This document shows, one piece after another, positions 1-9,489 of a stretch of 33,440 nt of DNA. The DNA comes from Eledone cirrhosa (Eukaryota). The stretch's first letter is position 1; each line of letters starts with the position of its first letter. The stretch covers positions 1 through 33,440 of the forward strand of contig CAXHJY010000111.1 in NCBI GenBank assembly GCA_964016885.1. The letters are read 5' to 3'. The translations under genes were made by a program, and so were the position numbers. The notes under the pieces are model-generated. The model was not told the origin of the DNA and searched no databases. It saw nothing but the letters and a program-made list of their open reading frames with translations.

Positions 1-24
1 ATATATATATATATATATAATTCG

Positions 25-492
25 TATTAGCATTAACACAAGGCCAGCAATTTGGTGGAAGGTGGACATTGATTATATTAACCCAGTATTTAACAGGTAC
101 TATATTTTATCGAGTCAGGAAGACTAAAAGACAAAGATGACGCCAGAAGAAATGCTGCAAAGACTTGTGACCAACACTCTAACGACTATGCTAATCCAAT
201 ACGAAACAATTAAACACATATTGGTTTCTAATTTAAGCACAAATCCTGCAATTTTGAGGCATAAAAAGTCGATTAAATCGACCCTAGTGTTTGATTGGTA
301 CGTTATTTTATTGATCCCTTAATAATTGTTTCTACTTTTGGCACAAGACCAGCAATTACCCAGTACATTACTGGTACTTTAATAATGAGTGTCAACGTTG
401 ACCTCAGTGGGGTTCGAACTCAGAACGTAAAGAGCCGTAACTAAATGTTGCAAAGATTTTTTTTTACGCTCTAACGATTCTGCCAATCTACC
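25..492 (-). mobile_element. Cluster of degenerate copies of SINE family A (about 25-198, 225-320, 322-492)
   Basis: Reverse complement matches motifs repeated across the window: CTGAGTTCGAA (B-box-like), AAAGTACCAGTAATGTACTGGG and the tail CTTGTGCCAAAAGTAGAAACAATTATT. Boundaries are approximate. Confidence 0.65.
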
Positions 493-984
493 AAACAAAA
501 ACACAATAATAATATATCTAAACGTTAAGTTAACTACCATTGATAGGCCTATTCGTGTATATCAATAAGATAATACGAAAGGTCAAAAGGTTAAACACTC
601 AGGCATATGAAATAAGGAAATTATCATTTACCTATTTATCTCTCTTTCCATTAGAGTAAAATTAAGTACAGGAATGTTAGAAATGCCATATGGCTAGACA
701 ACACTAACAAATATATATATTGTATTCTATTTCTTGTGGAATGTTGAAAGGGTCATGAGAGTATAGAACTCATAATGAACCTGAGTCAAAGAAGGGTGGG
801 CGCCCAACATGATCGTTTGGATTGTTCGAAATAGCAGTCAAAATGGAATAAGCATGCATCCTTGTAAATGTAGTCCTAGATAGTCAAGACTTTAAACAAA
901 GTTCGAGAGCATCTCGCGGGTGAATAATTTTGATCATATGTGTATTCAATCAGAACTAATTTACGACTAAATAACGGGTTCTAA

Positions 985-1474
985 GTTTTGCAGAAGTCCA
1001 GTAATTTGCGAGAGAAGAGAAAGTCGATATACCGGCCTCAGTATTTTACTGGTATTCTTTATTTTATCAACCTCAAAATATTGAAAGGCAAAGTTGACCT
1101 CGTCAGAATTTGAACACAGAACGTACGAAGACGGAACAAATGCCCTATTGCAGGCATGTCTAACTGAGGGTCCCCCTGGGGGCCACATGTGTCACATATG
1201 TGTTGTCTGAGGGCCACACGGGTCAAATATGTGTTGTCTGAGGGCCACACACGACAACTAATTGCGCACATTAGAACTAATTTTTTTAATTTTATATTAC
1301 GAAGATAAAAAAATCTCGCGCTGTAAAAAAACTTTGTGCGGGCCGCAGGTATGCTTGTAGAGGGCCGCAGGTGTGCTTGTAAAGGGCCGCATGTGGCCCG
1401 TGAGCCGCATGTTTGACATGCCTGCCCTATCGCATCTTACACGACGGATGCTTTGTCGATTCTGGCAATCCACC
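985..1474 (-). mobile_element. SINE family A copy interrupted by a hAT MITE
   Basis: GAAAGGCAAAGTTGACCTCGTCAGAATTTGAACACAGAACG before 1150 continues after 1432 as CATCTTAC...GATTCTGGCAATCCACC, colinear with other copies such as 16975-17085. Confidence 0.6.
1151..1424. mobile_element. Non-autonomous hAT (Charlie/MER58-like) MITE, 274 bp
   Basis: TIRs CAGGCATGTCTAAC / GTTTGACATGCCTG. 8-bp TSD CCCTATTG (1143-1150) / CCCTATCG (1425-1432). Subterminal GGGCCRCA motifs and an internal 24-bp duplication ATATGTGTTGTCTGAGGGCCACAC. Confidence 0.9.
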
Positions 1475-1514
1475 AACATTTAATAACAAGACCAAATGCA
1501 CCACTCCCGCCGAC

Positions 1515-2750
1515 GCCGCCACCACCACCACCACTACTACCACCACCACCACCATTATCACTACCACCACTACTACCACCACTGCCACTAACATCATCAC
1601 CGCCACCACCAATATCACCACCATCTCCACCAAGATCACCACCACCACCACCGCCATCACCACCACCATTACCACCACCACTATCACTACCACCACCACC
1701 ACCACCATCTCCACCAAGACCAGCATCACCACCACCACTACAACCACCAAGACCACCACTACAACCACCAAGACCACCACTACAACCACCACTATCACTA
1801 CCACCACCATCTCCACCAAGACCATCCCCACCACCACCACCACCACTAGCACTACTGCCACCATCATCACTACCATCACTACTACCACCACTACTACCAC
1901 CACCACCATCTCCACCAAGACCACCACCACTACCACTATTACCACCACTATCACTACCACCACCACTACCACTATCACCACCGCTATCACTACCACCACC
2001 ACCATCTCCACCAAGACCACCACCACTACCACTATCACCACCACTATCACTACCACCACCACCATCTCCACCAAGACCACCACCACTACCACTATCACCA
2101 CCACTATCACTACCACCACCACCATCTCCACCAAGACCACCACCACTACCACTATCACCACCACTATCACTACCACCACCACCATCTCCACCAAGACCAC
2201 CACCACTACCACTATCACCACCACTATCACTACCACCACCACCATCTCCACCAAGACCACCACCACTACCACTATCACCACCACTATCACTACCACCACC
2301 TCCATCTCCACCAAGACCACCACCACTACCACTATCACCACCGCTATCACTACCACCATCACCATCTCCACCAAGACCACCACCACTACCACTATCACCA
2401 CCACTATCACTACCACCACCACCATCTCCACCAAGACCACCACCACTACCACTATCACCACCGCTATCACTACCACCACCTCCATCTCCACCAAGACCAC
2501 CACCACTACCACTATCACCACCGCTATCACTACCACCATCACCATCTCCACCAAGACCACCACCACTACCACTATCACCACCACTATCACTACCACCACC
2601 ACCATCTCCACCAAGACCACCACCACTACCACTATCACCACCACTATCACTACCACCACCACCATCTCCACCAAGACTACCACCACTACCACTATCACCG
2701 CCGCTATCACTACCACCACCACCATCTCCACCAAGACCAGCACCACCAGC
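1515..2750. repeat. ACC-rich tract containing a 60-bp minisatellite (about 13 near-identical units from about 1960)
   Basis: Successive 60-nt lines are near identical (CCACTATCACTACCACCACCACCATCTCCACCAAGACCACCACCACTACCACTATCACCA). Confidence 0.95.
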
Positions 2751-2759
2751 CCCAGGTGT

Positions 2760-2997
2760 AAGAGAGGGGGAAGGGGATAGGGTGAGAAACTCTGTGCCTT
2801 GGTCGGTTGCATCCCACTGACAAAACTGCAAAGGAATTTCCACGAACAATGACCACCGGCACCCACTGCAACAGTCACCCCTCCCCCTCTCGGGGTCCTT
2901 CCTCAGACGGGTTGCTGACGTTTCGATTTTACAGAGGAGCCCGGCTGTACGGGGTGCAAGAACATCTGAGATGTCGACGGTGACCGACGCGACAAAG
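2760..2997 (-). mobile_element. 3' fragment of a CRE-like (RLE-type) non-LTR retrotransposon
   Basis: Reverse complement aligns with 18630-18830 (GTTCTT..ACCCCGTAC, ATCG.AACGTC, TCTGAGGAAGGA). It encodes VVIVRGN, resembling the C-terminal 'IQRGN' motif of CRE-type ORFs. Confidence 0.65.
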
Positions 2998-3017
2998 TTA
3001 GAATATTCGAAAGTGTT

Positions 3018-3131
3018 AGAGACGGTGAATTGACAGAGACGTTAAAACAGCGGATTAAAAATGTTTCCTTATTTATTCCGGCTTTGTGTTCTGAGTTTCA
3101 AGCACGATGGGGTCAGCTTTACCTTCCTTTC
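3018..3131 (+). mobile_element. Degenerate 5' part of SINE family A
   Basis: GGTGAATTGACAGAGACGTTA...GTTCTGAGTTTCAAG...GGTCAGCTTTACCTT, colinear with the other copies. Confidence 0.5.
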
Positions 3132-3137
3132 AAGGTA

Positions 3138-3194
3138 GTTGTTGTTGTTGTTGTTGTTCTTCTTCTTCTTATTATTATTATTATTATTATTATT
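3138..3194. repeat. Compound microsatellite (GTT)n(CTT)n(ATT)n, 5' flank of Tx1 copy 1
   Basis: Read directly from the sequence. Confidence 0.95.
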
Positions 3195-3410
3195 GAATGC
3201 CATGGTTGACGGAGGCTCGGCTCTGTAAGGTATAGTAATTTTTAACCGTTAAAACAATTGTAAATTGTTTAAAACTTGAACCAAATTGTTGATAAAGACA
3301 CCCTCCTCCTCGTGAGAGGGGTCTTTCTGTCCGTTATTTGGCCCTTCGGGGTTAAATAACCAGTTATTGGGGTTTTGTACCCAAAATTTCATTTTAAACA
3401 AAAAAACAAC

Positions 3411-5507
3411 ATGGCTACGAAAAAGAAATTTCATACGTCACTCCCACTCATTCCGTCTTCTTCTTCCTCAATCATCACTACAGCAGAGAGAAGATTGTCT
3501 CTCTCCCTCCCTTCTTTAAATGTGTCTCTCTCCCTCCCTTCTCTTTCACAAGCGACGAAAGAAAAGAAAAGTCTCGTGCAAAGCGTGCAAGGTTTCTCCA
3601 CGACGACGACGACAGCGACGAAACAGGTGTGCGGGAAATACGAAAACCCAGTTCATTCGTCTGACGTCAGGAATAATAGCAGTAGCAGCCGTAATAACAA
3701 CAGCAACAGTGACAATGAAAACAACAGTAGCAGCCGCAACAGCATCACCAGCAGCATAAACAACAACAGCATTAGCAGCAGCAACACCAACAACAACCAC
3801 AGCAACAGCGGCGGAGGCAGTAGTCGTAGTACCTGCAGCAACAACAAAAGTACCAGCAGCTCTGACGACAACAACAACAGCAGAGAAAAACCAATCTCAT
3901 TTGCAGGTATTGCGAAAAACTTGGAAACAATCCTCATAACAAATGAGGAATTAGAGGAAGCGAAGAAGATGGTGACAAAGAACGGACACCGAGCAATCTG
4001 CAAGGCAGCGAAAAATTTTTTCGAAACCCAAGAGCACTGTACGGTCACGTACCGTACAGTAAGTACAAAATCCCGTAGGGTGGAAAGAGCCACAGAGGCC
4101 CAAATACAAAAAGCCTTGGGGTCTGTGTGGCAGCGGAAAACGCACATCACCCGAGGCAAAAAATATGCCACCGTAGACGTACTTTTTGCCACACCCCAGG
4201 AGGCAAAGGCCCAATCAGTAGTGACCCTAAGGAGCGAGGAAATGGTGTTGGTGCCCTCCTACTGTGGGCAAAAAATTGTGAGGGTCAAACTGACCCACGT
4301 CCCCCCCGGAATGACCCCTTCTTGGCTGGCCGCGTCTGTCCTCGTCGGAATCGAGGACAAAACAACTGTACTGCAAGTACAGAAAAAAGTAAGAGAAGAT
4401 TGGGTCGGCTCCTCCATTGAGATGCTAATCCAAACCAACCAGGAGTGCATCGAAGCTATCCCGGATGTGATAGACTTCGATAACGGCACTCAACTGCCCA
4501 TAAGTGTTGAGGGCAAACGCCCGAAATGCTTTCGCTGTGGATCGAAGACTCACCTCAGGGCCTTCTGCAACGAGAAGACCCTGAGAAAGGAGAAAACCCC
4601 CCTCCTTCCGAATCCGGCTCCACGGCTACCAGCAACAGGACAAGCGGCAACCAGGAACGATAGGCCCGTGGCACCCATACCCACTCCACGGAAATCAAAA
4701 ACAGCAGCAGCAGTGGAAATACTAACAACAACAACAGCAATACCAAATGCAGCTGCAACAGAGACTCCAGTGCAAACATCACCAACAACAACAAGTGAAA
4801 GAGTGGAGTTGGTACCCCTCCCCGACCTCACAGAATCAGACATGGAGTGTGAGGTGGGAGAGAGATGGCAAAAGGTCGTAAGAAGGCACAAACGCAGAAG
4901 CAGCGCATCGTCGCCTTTGAAAAGGGAGGAAAGAAATGAGAAAAGGGTAAAGTCTACTGCAAAGAGACCCACAGCAGCAACAACACCAACACCATCACCA
5001 CCCACACTAGCGCCACCATCACCACCGGCGACAACCCCACCGCCAACAACACCTTCAACACCACCACCACAAGCACCAACATCGCAAACACAACAACAAA
5101 ACACACACACCCAGCAACAACGACAAGAAAATAGCAGAACCACACCCCACCCCCAGAAAAACAAATGCACGGCAATAAATACACACAACAAGAAACTAAT
5201 GACTTACATAATTGAACACACAGACATTTCACAACAGGACTACATAATACCAGCACCAATCAAAACGCCAACTAACATAAGACTGCTAAAAATAGCACAG
5301 AAACAATACACAAATATTAAAACGAAATTCCCCAACGCAGTTGGTGATTTCAGGGACCTAGGAGGAACCATCAATCGAAGAGTATACTCAGACATTCTCT
5401 TAGAAGAGCCGACGACCAGCCGAAGGGACGATTCAACGGTCCCTTCACCAGACGATCAAGTGAAAAGGGATGTAAAAACCATCCCTCCTCTACCAAAAGT
5501 ACGGTAA
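3411..5507 (+). CDS. Tx1 ORF1 (gag-like nucleic-acid-binding protein), 698 aa from the first ATG
   Basis: Open frame from ATG 3411 (MATKKK). CX2CX4HX4C knuckle CFRCGSKTHLRAFC, N/S-rich N-terminal and P/T-rich C-terminal linkers. Homologous to the copy 2 ORF1 core. Confidence 0.85.
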   Translation: MATKKKFHTSLPLIPSSSSSIITTAERRLSLSLPSLNVSLSLPSLSQATKEKKSLVQSVQGFSTTTTTATKQVCGKYENPVHSSDVRNNSSSSRNNNSNSDNENNSSSRNSITSSINNNSISSSNTNNNHSNSGGGSSRSTCSNNKSTSSSDDNNNSREKPISFAGIAKNLETILITNEELEEAKKMVTKNGHRAICKAAKNFFETQEHCTVTYRTVSTKSRRVERATEAQIQKALGSVWQRKTHITRGKKYATVDVLFATPQEAKAQSVVTLRSEEMVLVPSYCGQKIVRVKLTHVPPGMTPSWLAASVLVGIEDKTTVLQVQKKVREDWVGSSIEMLIQTNQECIEAIPDVIDFDNGTQLPISVEGKRPKCFRCGSKTHLRAFCNEKTLRKEKTPLLPNPAPRLPATGQAATRNDRPVAPIPTPRKSKTAAAVEILTTTTAIPNAAATETPVQTSPTTTSERVELVPLPDLTESDMECEVGERWQKVVRRHKRRSSASSPLKREERNEKRVKSTAKRPTAATTPTPSPPTLAPPSPPATTPPPTTPSTPPPQAPTSQTQQQNTHTQQQRQENSRTTPHPQKNKCTAINTHNKKLMTYIIEHTDISQQDYIIPAPIKTPTNIRLLKIAQKQYTNIKTKFPNAVGDFRDLGGTINRRVYSDILLEEPTTSRRDDSTVPSPDDQVKRDVKTIPPLPKVR

Positions 5508-5542
5508 GTGGTCTTTCCCATCTTTTCCACTCTATTTTAAAC

Positions 5543-8500
5543 ATGACCTCACTCAGAATAGGCAGCATAAATGCGCGTGGCTTGGGGTCGTCATGGAAGC
5601 AGGGTCACCTGCTCAACGACCTCAGGTCACTAAACATAGATGTAGTGGCCATCAGCGAGACCAGAATCTCCGAAGCACGGGCCTTCGCACCGATCTTCGG
5701 CGGCTACGATGTGTACGCATCTCCCAGCCGTCCTGGATCCGGTGGAGGAGTTGCTGTACTTTTTCGGAGAGGTTTGGATCTCGCCATACGGGCCATCTTC
5801 CTGGACCCAGAGGGTAAGCTGGTGGTGCTGGACGTGACCAGCGGAGACGGGCAAGCTTTCAGGCTAGTGGCCGTCTATGCCCCGACAGGAGCAGGGCGGC
5901 CTGATTTCTTCCGGCGTCTGGAGACCTTTCTTGGAACGTCGCGCTCTTTAGTGTTAGTGGGCGACTGGAACGGGATCTTAGATGCACGCTGGGACTGTGT
6001 GGGATTAGCGGATAGGGGTGGAGGGTGCAAGAGCCTCACCAACCTGCTCAGGCGTTTTGAACTGTCTGACAGGTACCGATTGGATTTCCCGAATGTGCCA
6101 ATGTGGACTTGGACAAACCGCATAGGGTCATCCAGATCATATCTAGATAGAGTATTTTGTAGGGAAATAGATAGGTCTAGCATAGGCTGTCCACAATTCA
6201 AGATAGTCAGCTACACGGACCACAAATTCGTGACCTGTGTGCTTGACTTAGATAGGCTTCATAGACAAGGACCCGGCTACTGGAAGCTAAACGCGTCCTT
6301 ACCAGCGCGCAAGGCCTACAGAGACCGGATTAACGAACTAGTTAAGCGGGCGTTGACGGGGGCCATCGTCAACAACAAGTGGTGGTTTGCTCTGAAAAGA
6401 GCGATTAGAATAGAATCGATTAGGTTTAGTAAGGCTTTAGCAATAGAGAAAAATAGAGCAGAGGGAGAACTAGTTAGAAAATTAGACGAGGCGCTTAGCA
6501 AAGGCATTGCGACCGACGTGCTTGCGGCGAAATTGGCCCTTGACCAATTCTTCAATGCAAAGCACGAAGGCTGCGTTGTCAGAGCTAGGGTGCGTGCTCT
6601 CAGACACGAGGGGACGAAAGCCGTTCAATGGGCCCGAGTGGCGGAGGCGCGTCGTGGCAACAAAGCCACGATCCGGTCTTTGGTGGACCACGACGGGCGC
6701 ATGCTACTCGATCCCGGGCAAATGTGTGAAGCTTTTCAGCGACACTTCGCTCAGCTGTTCGGGGGCAGCGGGGGGCCGGGTAGAGGGATGGACTTTAGTG
6801 TCTACCTCGACGGACTGCCGCGGCTCTCGGCCACTGAGGCGAAGTGTTGCGAAAAGCCGATAACAGCCGCTGAAGTAAGGGAGGCAATGACTGGCTGCAC
6901 AAGGGGTAAATCGCCTGGTTTGGATGGTCTGCCCTATGAACTTTACGTACAGATGCCAGACTTGTTCGGAGGCCTCTTAGCGGACGTCTACTGCAACTGG
7001 CAACAGAACGGGAGAATTCCCAGTTCTGTGAGCCGAGGAGCGGTGGCACTGCTGAGAAAGGATCCGAACAAGGGGGATAACATAGACAATTTCCGGCCCA
7101 TAACTCTGCTAAACACAGAGTTTAAGATTTTGGCCAAGGTGCTAGCAAAGAGGTTGGCGCTTGTCGTTGGTGGTCTGGTGGGAGAGGCGCAGACATGCGC
7201 CATTCCCGACAGATCCATCCACGACAACCTCCACCTCATGCGATACATCGTAGAGAGGGTAGCTAGGGAACCTGGCACGGGTGGGTCCTTGATCAATTTA
7301 GATCAGTCGAAAGCTTTCGATAGGGTCGACCATCGTTACCTAGCGGCAGTCCTGAGGGCGGCTGGCTTTGGGCCCGTCTTCAGAGGCTGGATCGCTGCCA
7401 TGCACAGCGACATCTGCTCTGTGGTGAGAGTGAACGGTCACCTGTCGGAACCGTTCAACATCATGCGCTCGGTCCGCCAAGGATGTCCCCTCTCGTCCCT
7501 CTTGTACGTATTGACTCTCGAGCCATTACTGCACAAACTGGAGACGTTGAGGGGAGTCCCGCGCGAACTAGGATGCGGAAGATCCGTGTCAGCATATGCG
7601 GACGATGTCACCGTAGTGGTGTCGAACGCCAAACACATCGAGGCGATCGGCACTACACTAAGAGAATACGAAGCGGTGACAGGAGCAATGATCAACCAGG
7701 AAAAGTCAGTGGGCCTGCAGCTCGGCACCTGGAGAGGCAGGTCCATGCCGTCCAACAGCGTCGTCGGGCGCTGGACGGACGGACCGGTTAAATTGCTAGG
7801 GGTCTGGTTCGGTCCGGACCTCCAGACGGACAAAAACTGGGACGAGGTGACGAGCAGGGTGGCTTCTCTCACCCAGAAATGGGCGGAGAGGAAGCTATCC
7901 CTGAAAGGTCGAGCGGAGGTGGCTAACGCGTACATCGCGTCTGTCATCTGCTACCGCCTAACCGTCGTACCTTGTCCTAAGCCTCGCCTGACTGCGCTGG
8001 AGCGTTTGCTCTTTCGCTTTTTGTGGAAGGGACGTGCTCCGATGGTCAGGCGGTCCATCTGTTGTCAACACCCGCTACGTGGAGGGCTGGGCATGCCGTG
8101 GCTGATGATGCGCAGGCACGCGCTCAGGCTACGACATCTCCACCTCTTCCTCGACGGTGATCAGGTGTGGTCGCCGTTTGCTAGACGCGTTTTTCCCCAG
8201 CTCGTTTCCTTGACGGAGCTGCAGTCCTGGGTCAAGCGAAGACCGAGAGGGAGCGCCTGGAGACTGGAATGTCTTCAGGCGCTCACAGCCCTCGACCAAT
8301 CGGGCAATGTGATCGGTGGAAACTCCACCTCGGCGTTCTATAGAGGATTAGTGGAGGGGAAGAGCGACGACGTACTTGGGGAAACTCTAGGCGTCGACGA
8401 AAATCAACTAGCCAATCTCTTCGGAAGAACTTTCGGGCCGGGGCCTATGGACAACTTCCAGAAATCTCTGGCCTGGCAGTGCTACCGAGGAGCCTTGCCA

Positions 8501-8962
8501 GTTCGGGATAAACTCTACAGGCATGGAGGTGCCGTCAGCCGGGCATGTCCGAGATGCGCGCAGGGCGAGGAAACCGTCCTGCACGCACTCGTCCAGTGTC
8601 CGAAAATTGCTGACTTGTGGGTTTATGTCGAACACCTGCTGTCGCGTTTAGGACGGATCCAGCTATCATCTGAGTCTATCGTGAGGATTGCCCCGCCCTC
8701 CTCCTTTAGCCGGGAAGGGCAGGCAGTTTTTATCTGTCTGGTGGCCATGGCGAAAGAGATAGTATGGTGGACACGTTTGAAAGGGCTGAAGACGAGCACT
8801 TACCTCTTCGGTGATGCTCTGATTGACTTTTTCAAATTTCATTTGAAAAGGAAAATCAGAGTAGAGAAGGAAGTGCTCTCTTCCCAGCATTTTGTTGAAA
8901 GATGGGTGAGAGAAGCAAGAATGGCCCGAGTGAATGGGCCGACTCTGAGTATATATCTGTAA
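5543..8962 (+). CDS. Tx1 ORF2: AP-endonuclease, reverse transcriptase and C-terminal zinc finger, 1139 aa
   Basis: APE motifs NARGL, ISET, VYAP, GDWN, YLDRV, TDH. RT motifs KSPGLDGL, NFRPITLLN, LDQSKAFDRVDH, RQGCPLS, YADD. C-terminal CPRC-X8-H-X4-C. Confidence 0.96.
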   Translation: MTSLRIGSINARGLGSSWKQGHLLNDLRSLNIDVVAISETRISEARAFAPIFGGYDVYASPSRPGSGGGVAVLFRRGLDLAIRAIFLDPEGKLVVLDVTSGDGQAFRLVAVYAPTGAGRPDFFRRLETFLGTSRSLVLVGDWNGILDARWDCVGLADRGGGCKSLTNLLRRFELSDRYRLDFPNVPMWTWTNRIGSSRSYLDRVFCREIDRSSIGCPQFKIVSYTDHKFVTCVLDLDRLHRQGPGYWKLNASLPARKAYRDRINELVKRALTGAIVNNKWWFALKRAIRIESIRFSKALAIEKNRAEGELVRKLDEALSKGIATDVLAAKLALDQFFNAKHEGCVVRARVRALRHEGTKAVQWARVAEARRGNKATIRSLVDHDGRMLLDPGQMCEAFQRHFAQLFGGSGGPGRGMDFSVYLDGLPRLSATEAKCCEKPITAAEVREAMTGCTRGKSPGLDGLPYELYVQMPDLFGGLLADVYCNWQQNGRIPSSVSRGAVALLRKDPNKGDNIDNFRPITLLNTEFKILAKVLAKRLALVVGGLVGEAQTCAIPDRSIHDNLHLMRYIVERVAREPGTGGSLINLDQSKAFDRVDHRYLAAVLRAAGFGPVFRGWIAAMHSDICSVVRVNGHLSEPFNIMRSVRQGCPLSSLLYVLTLEPLLHKLETLRGVPRELGCGRSVSAYADDVTVVVSNAKHIEAIGTTLREYEAVTGAMINQEKSVGLQLGTWRGRSMPSNSVVGRWTDGPVKLLGVWFGPDLQTDKNWDEVTSRVASLTQKWAERKLSLKGRAEVANAYIASVICYRLTVVPCPKPRLTALERLLFRFLWKGRAPMVRRSICCQHPLRGGLGMPWLMMRRHALRLRHLHLFLDGDQVWSPFARRVFPQLVSLTELQSWVKRRPRGSAWRLECLQALTALDQSGNVIGGNSTSAFYRGLVEGKSDDVLGETLGVDENQLANLFGRTFGPGPMDNFQKSLAWQCYRGALPVRDKLYRHGGAVSRACPRCAQGEETVLHALVQCPKIADLWVYVEHLLSRLGRIQLSSESIVRIAPPSSFSREGQAVFICLVAMAKEIVWWTRLKGLKTSTYLFGDALIDFFKFHLKRKIRVEKEVLSSQHFVERWVREARMARVNGPTLSIYL

Positions 8963-9224
8963 ACTAAAGGTGGAAAACTGGGAGAGGGCACTTGCCTTGG
9001 TGGTCAGGGTCATTGTGGCTTTTTACTGGGCTTTCTCCACAAATGTCCCTCCGAAGTCTCACCCCCTATTGGGGAATTTTTCATTGTTATTTTCATTGTT
9101 ATTTTTGTTACATCCTCTGTTTTTGTTTTTTTTACACGCAGAAATGCCCATTTGTACCGTCCTGCATTGTCCTGCACTGTCCTTAATGTCTACTTTATGT
9201 AAACCCTTGTGGTTAATAAAGAAA

Positions 9225-9226
<2 letters not shown>

Positions 9227-9280
<54 letters not shown>
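9227..9280. repeat. (ATT)18 separating the two Tx1 copies
   Basis: Read directly from the sequence. Confidence 0.97.
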
Positions 9281-9489
9281 GGCGACCTACGTAGTAAATC
9301 GCATCATCGTGAGCTCCGCAAAGGTTTGTTATTTCCGTTTGTTAAAAATTGCCATTTATGGAAAATTTTTATTGTTAACTATATATAAGCGCACATACAT
9401 TGTTTTCCGAAAAGGACACCCAAAAAGATTGGGGCCTTGTGCCCAAAATTTAAACTTTTATGATTATCAAAAAAATTCTTTGAAAAAAA

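Larger units (their letters stand above)
3195..9226 (+). mobile_element. Full-length, apparently intact Tx1-clade non-LTR retrotransposon (copy 1)
   Basis: 5'UTR, ORF1 with a CCHC knuckle, 35-nt spacer, ORF2 (APE-RT-zinc finger), 3'UTR with AATAAA at 9215-9220, and (ATT)n on both sides. Confidence 0.92.

Noticed and set aside
1960-2740. Regular repeat as a possible CRISPR array
   Set aside because: Pure tandem units with no unique spacers, in a eukaryotic context.
1413-2878. 455-483 aa mucin-like, poly-Val, poly-Gly and poly-Pro ORFs
   Set aside because: Open in four frames only because the ACC-based minisatellite lacks stops; the flanks are SINE, MITE and LINE fragments.
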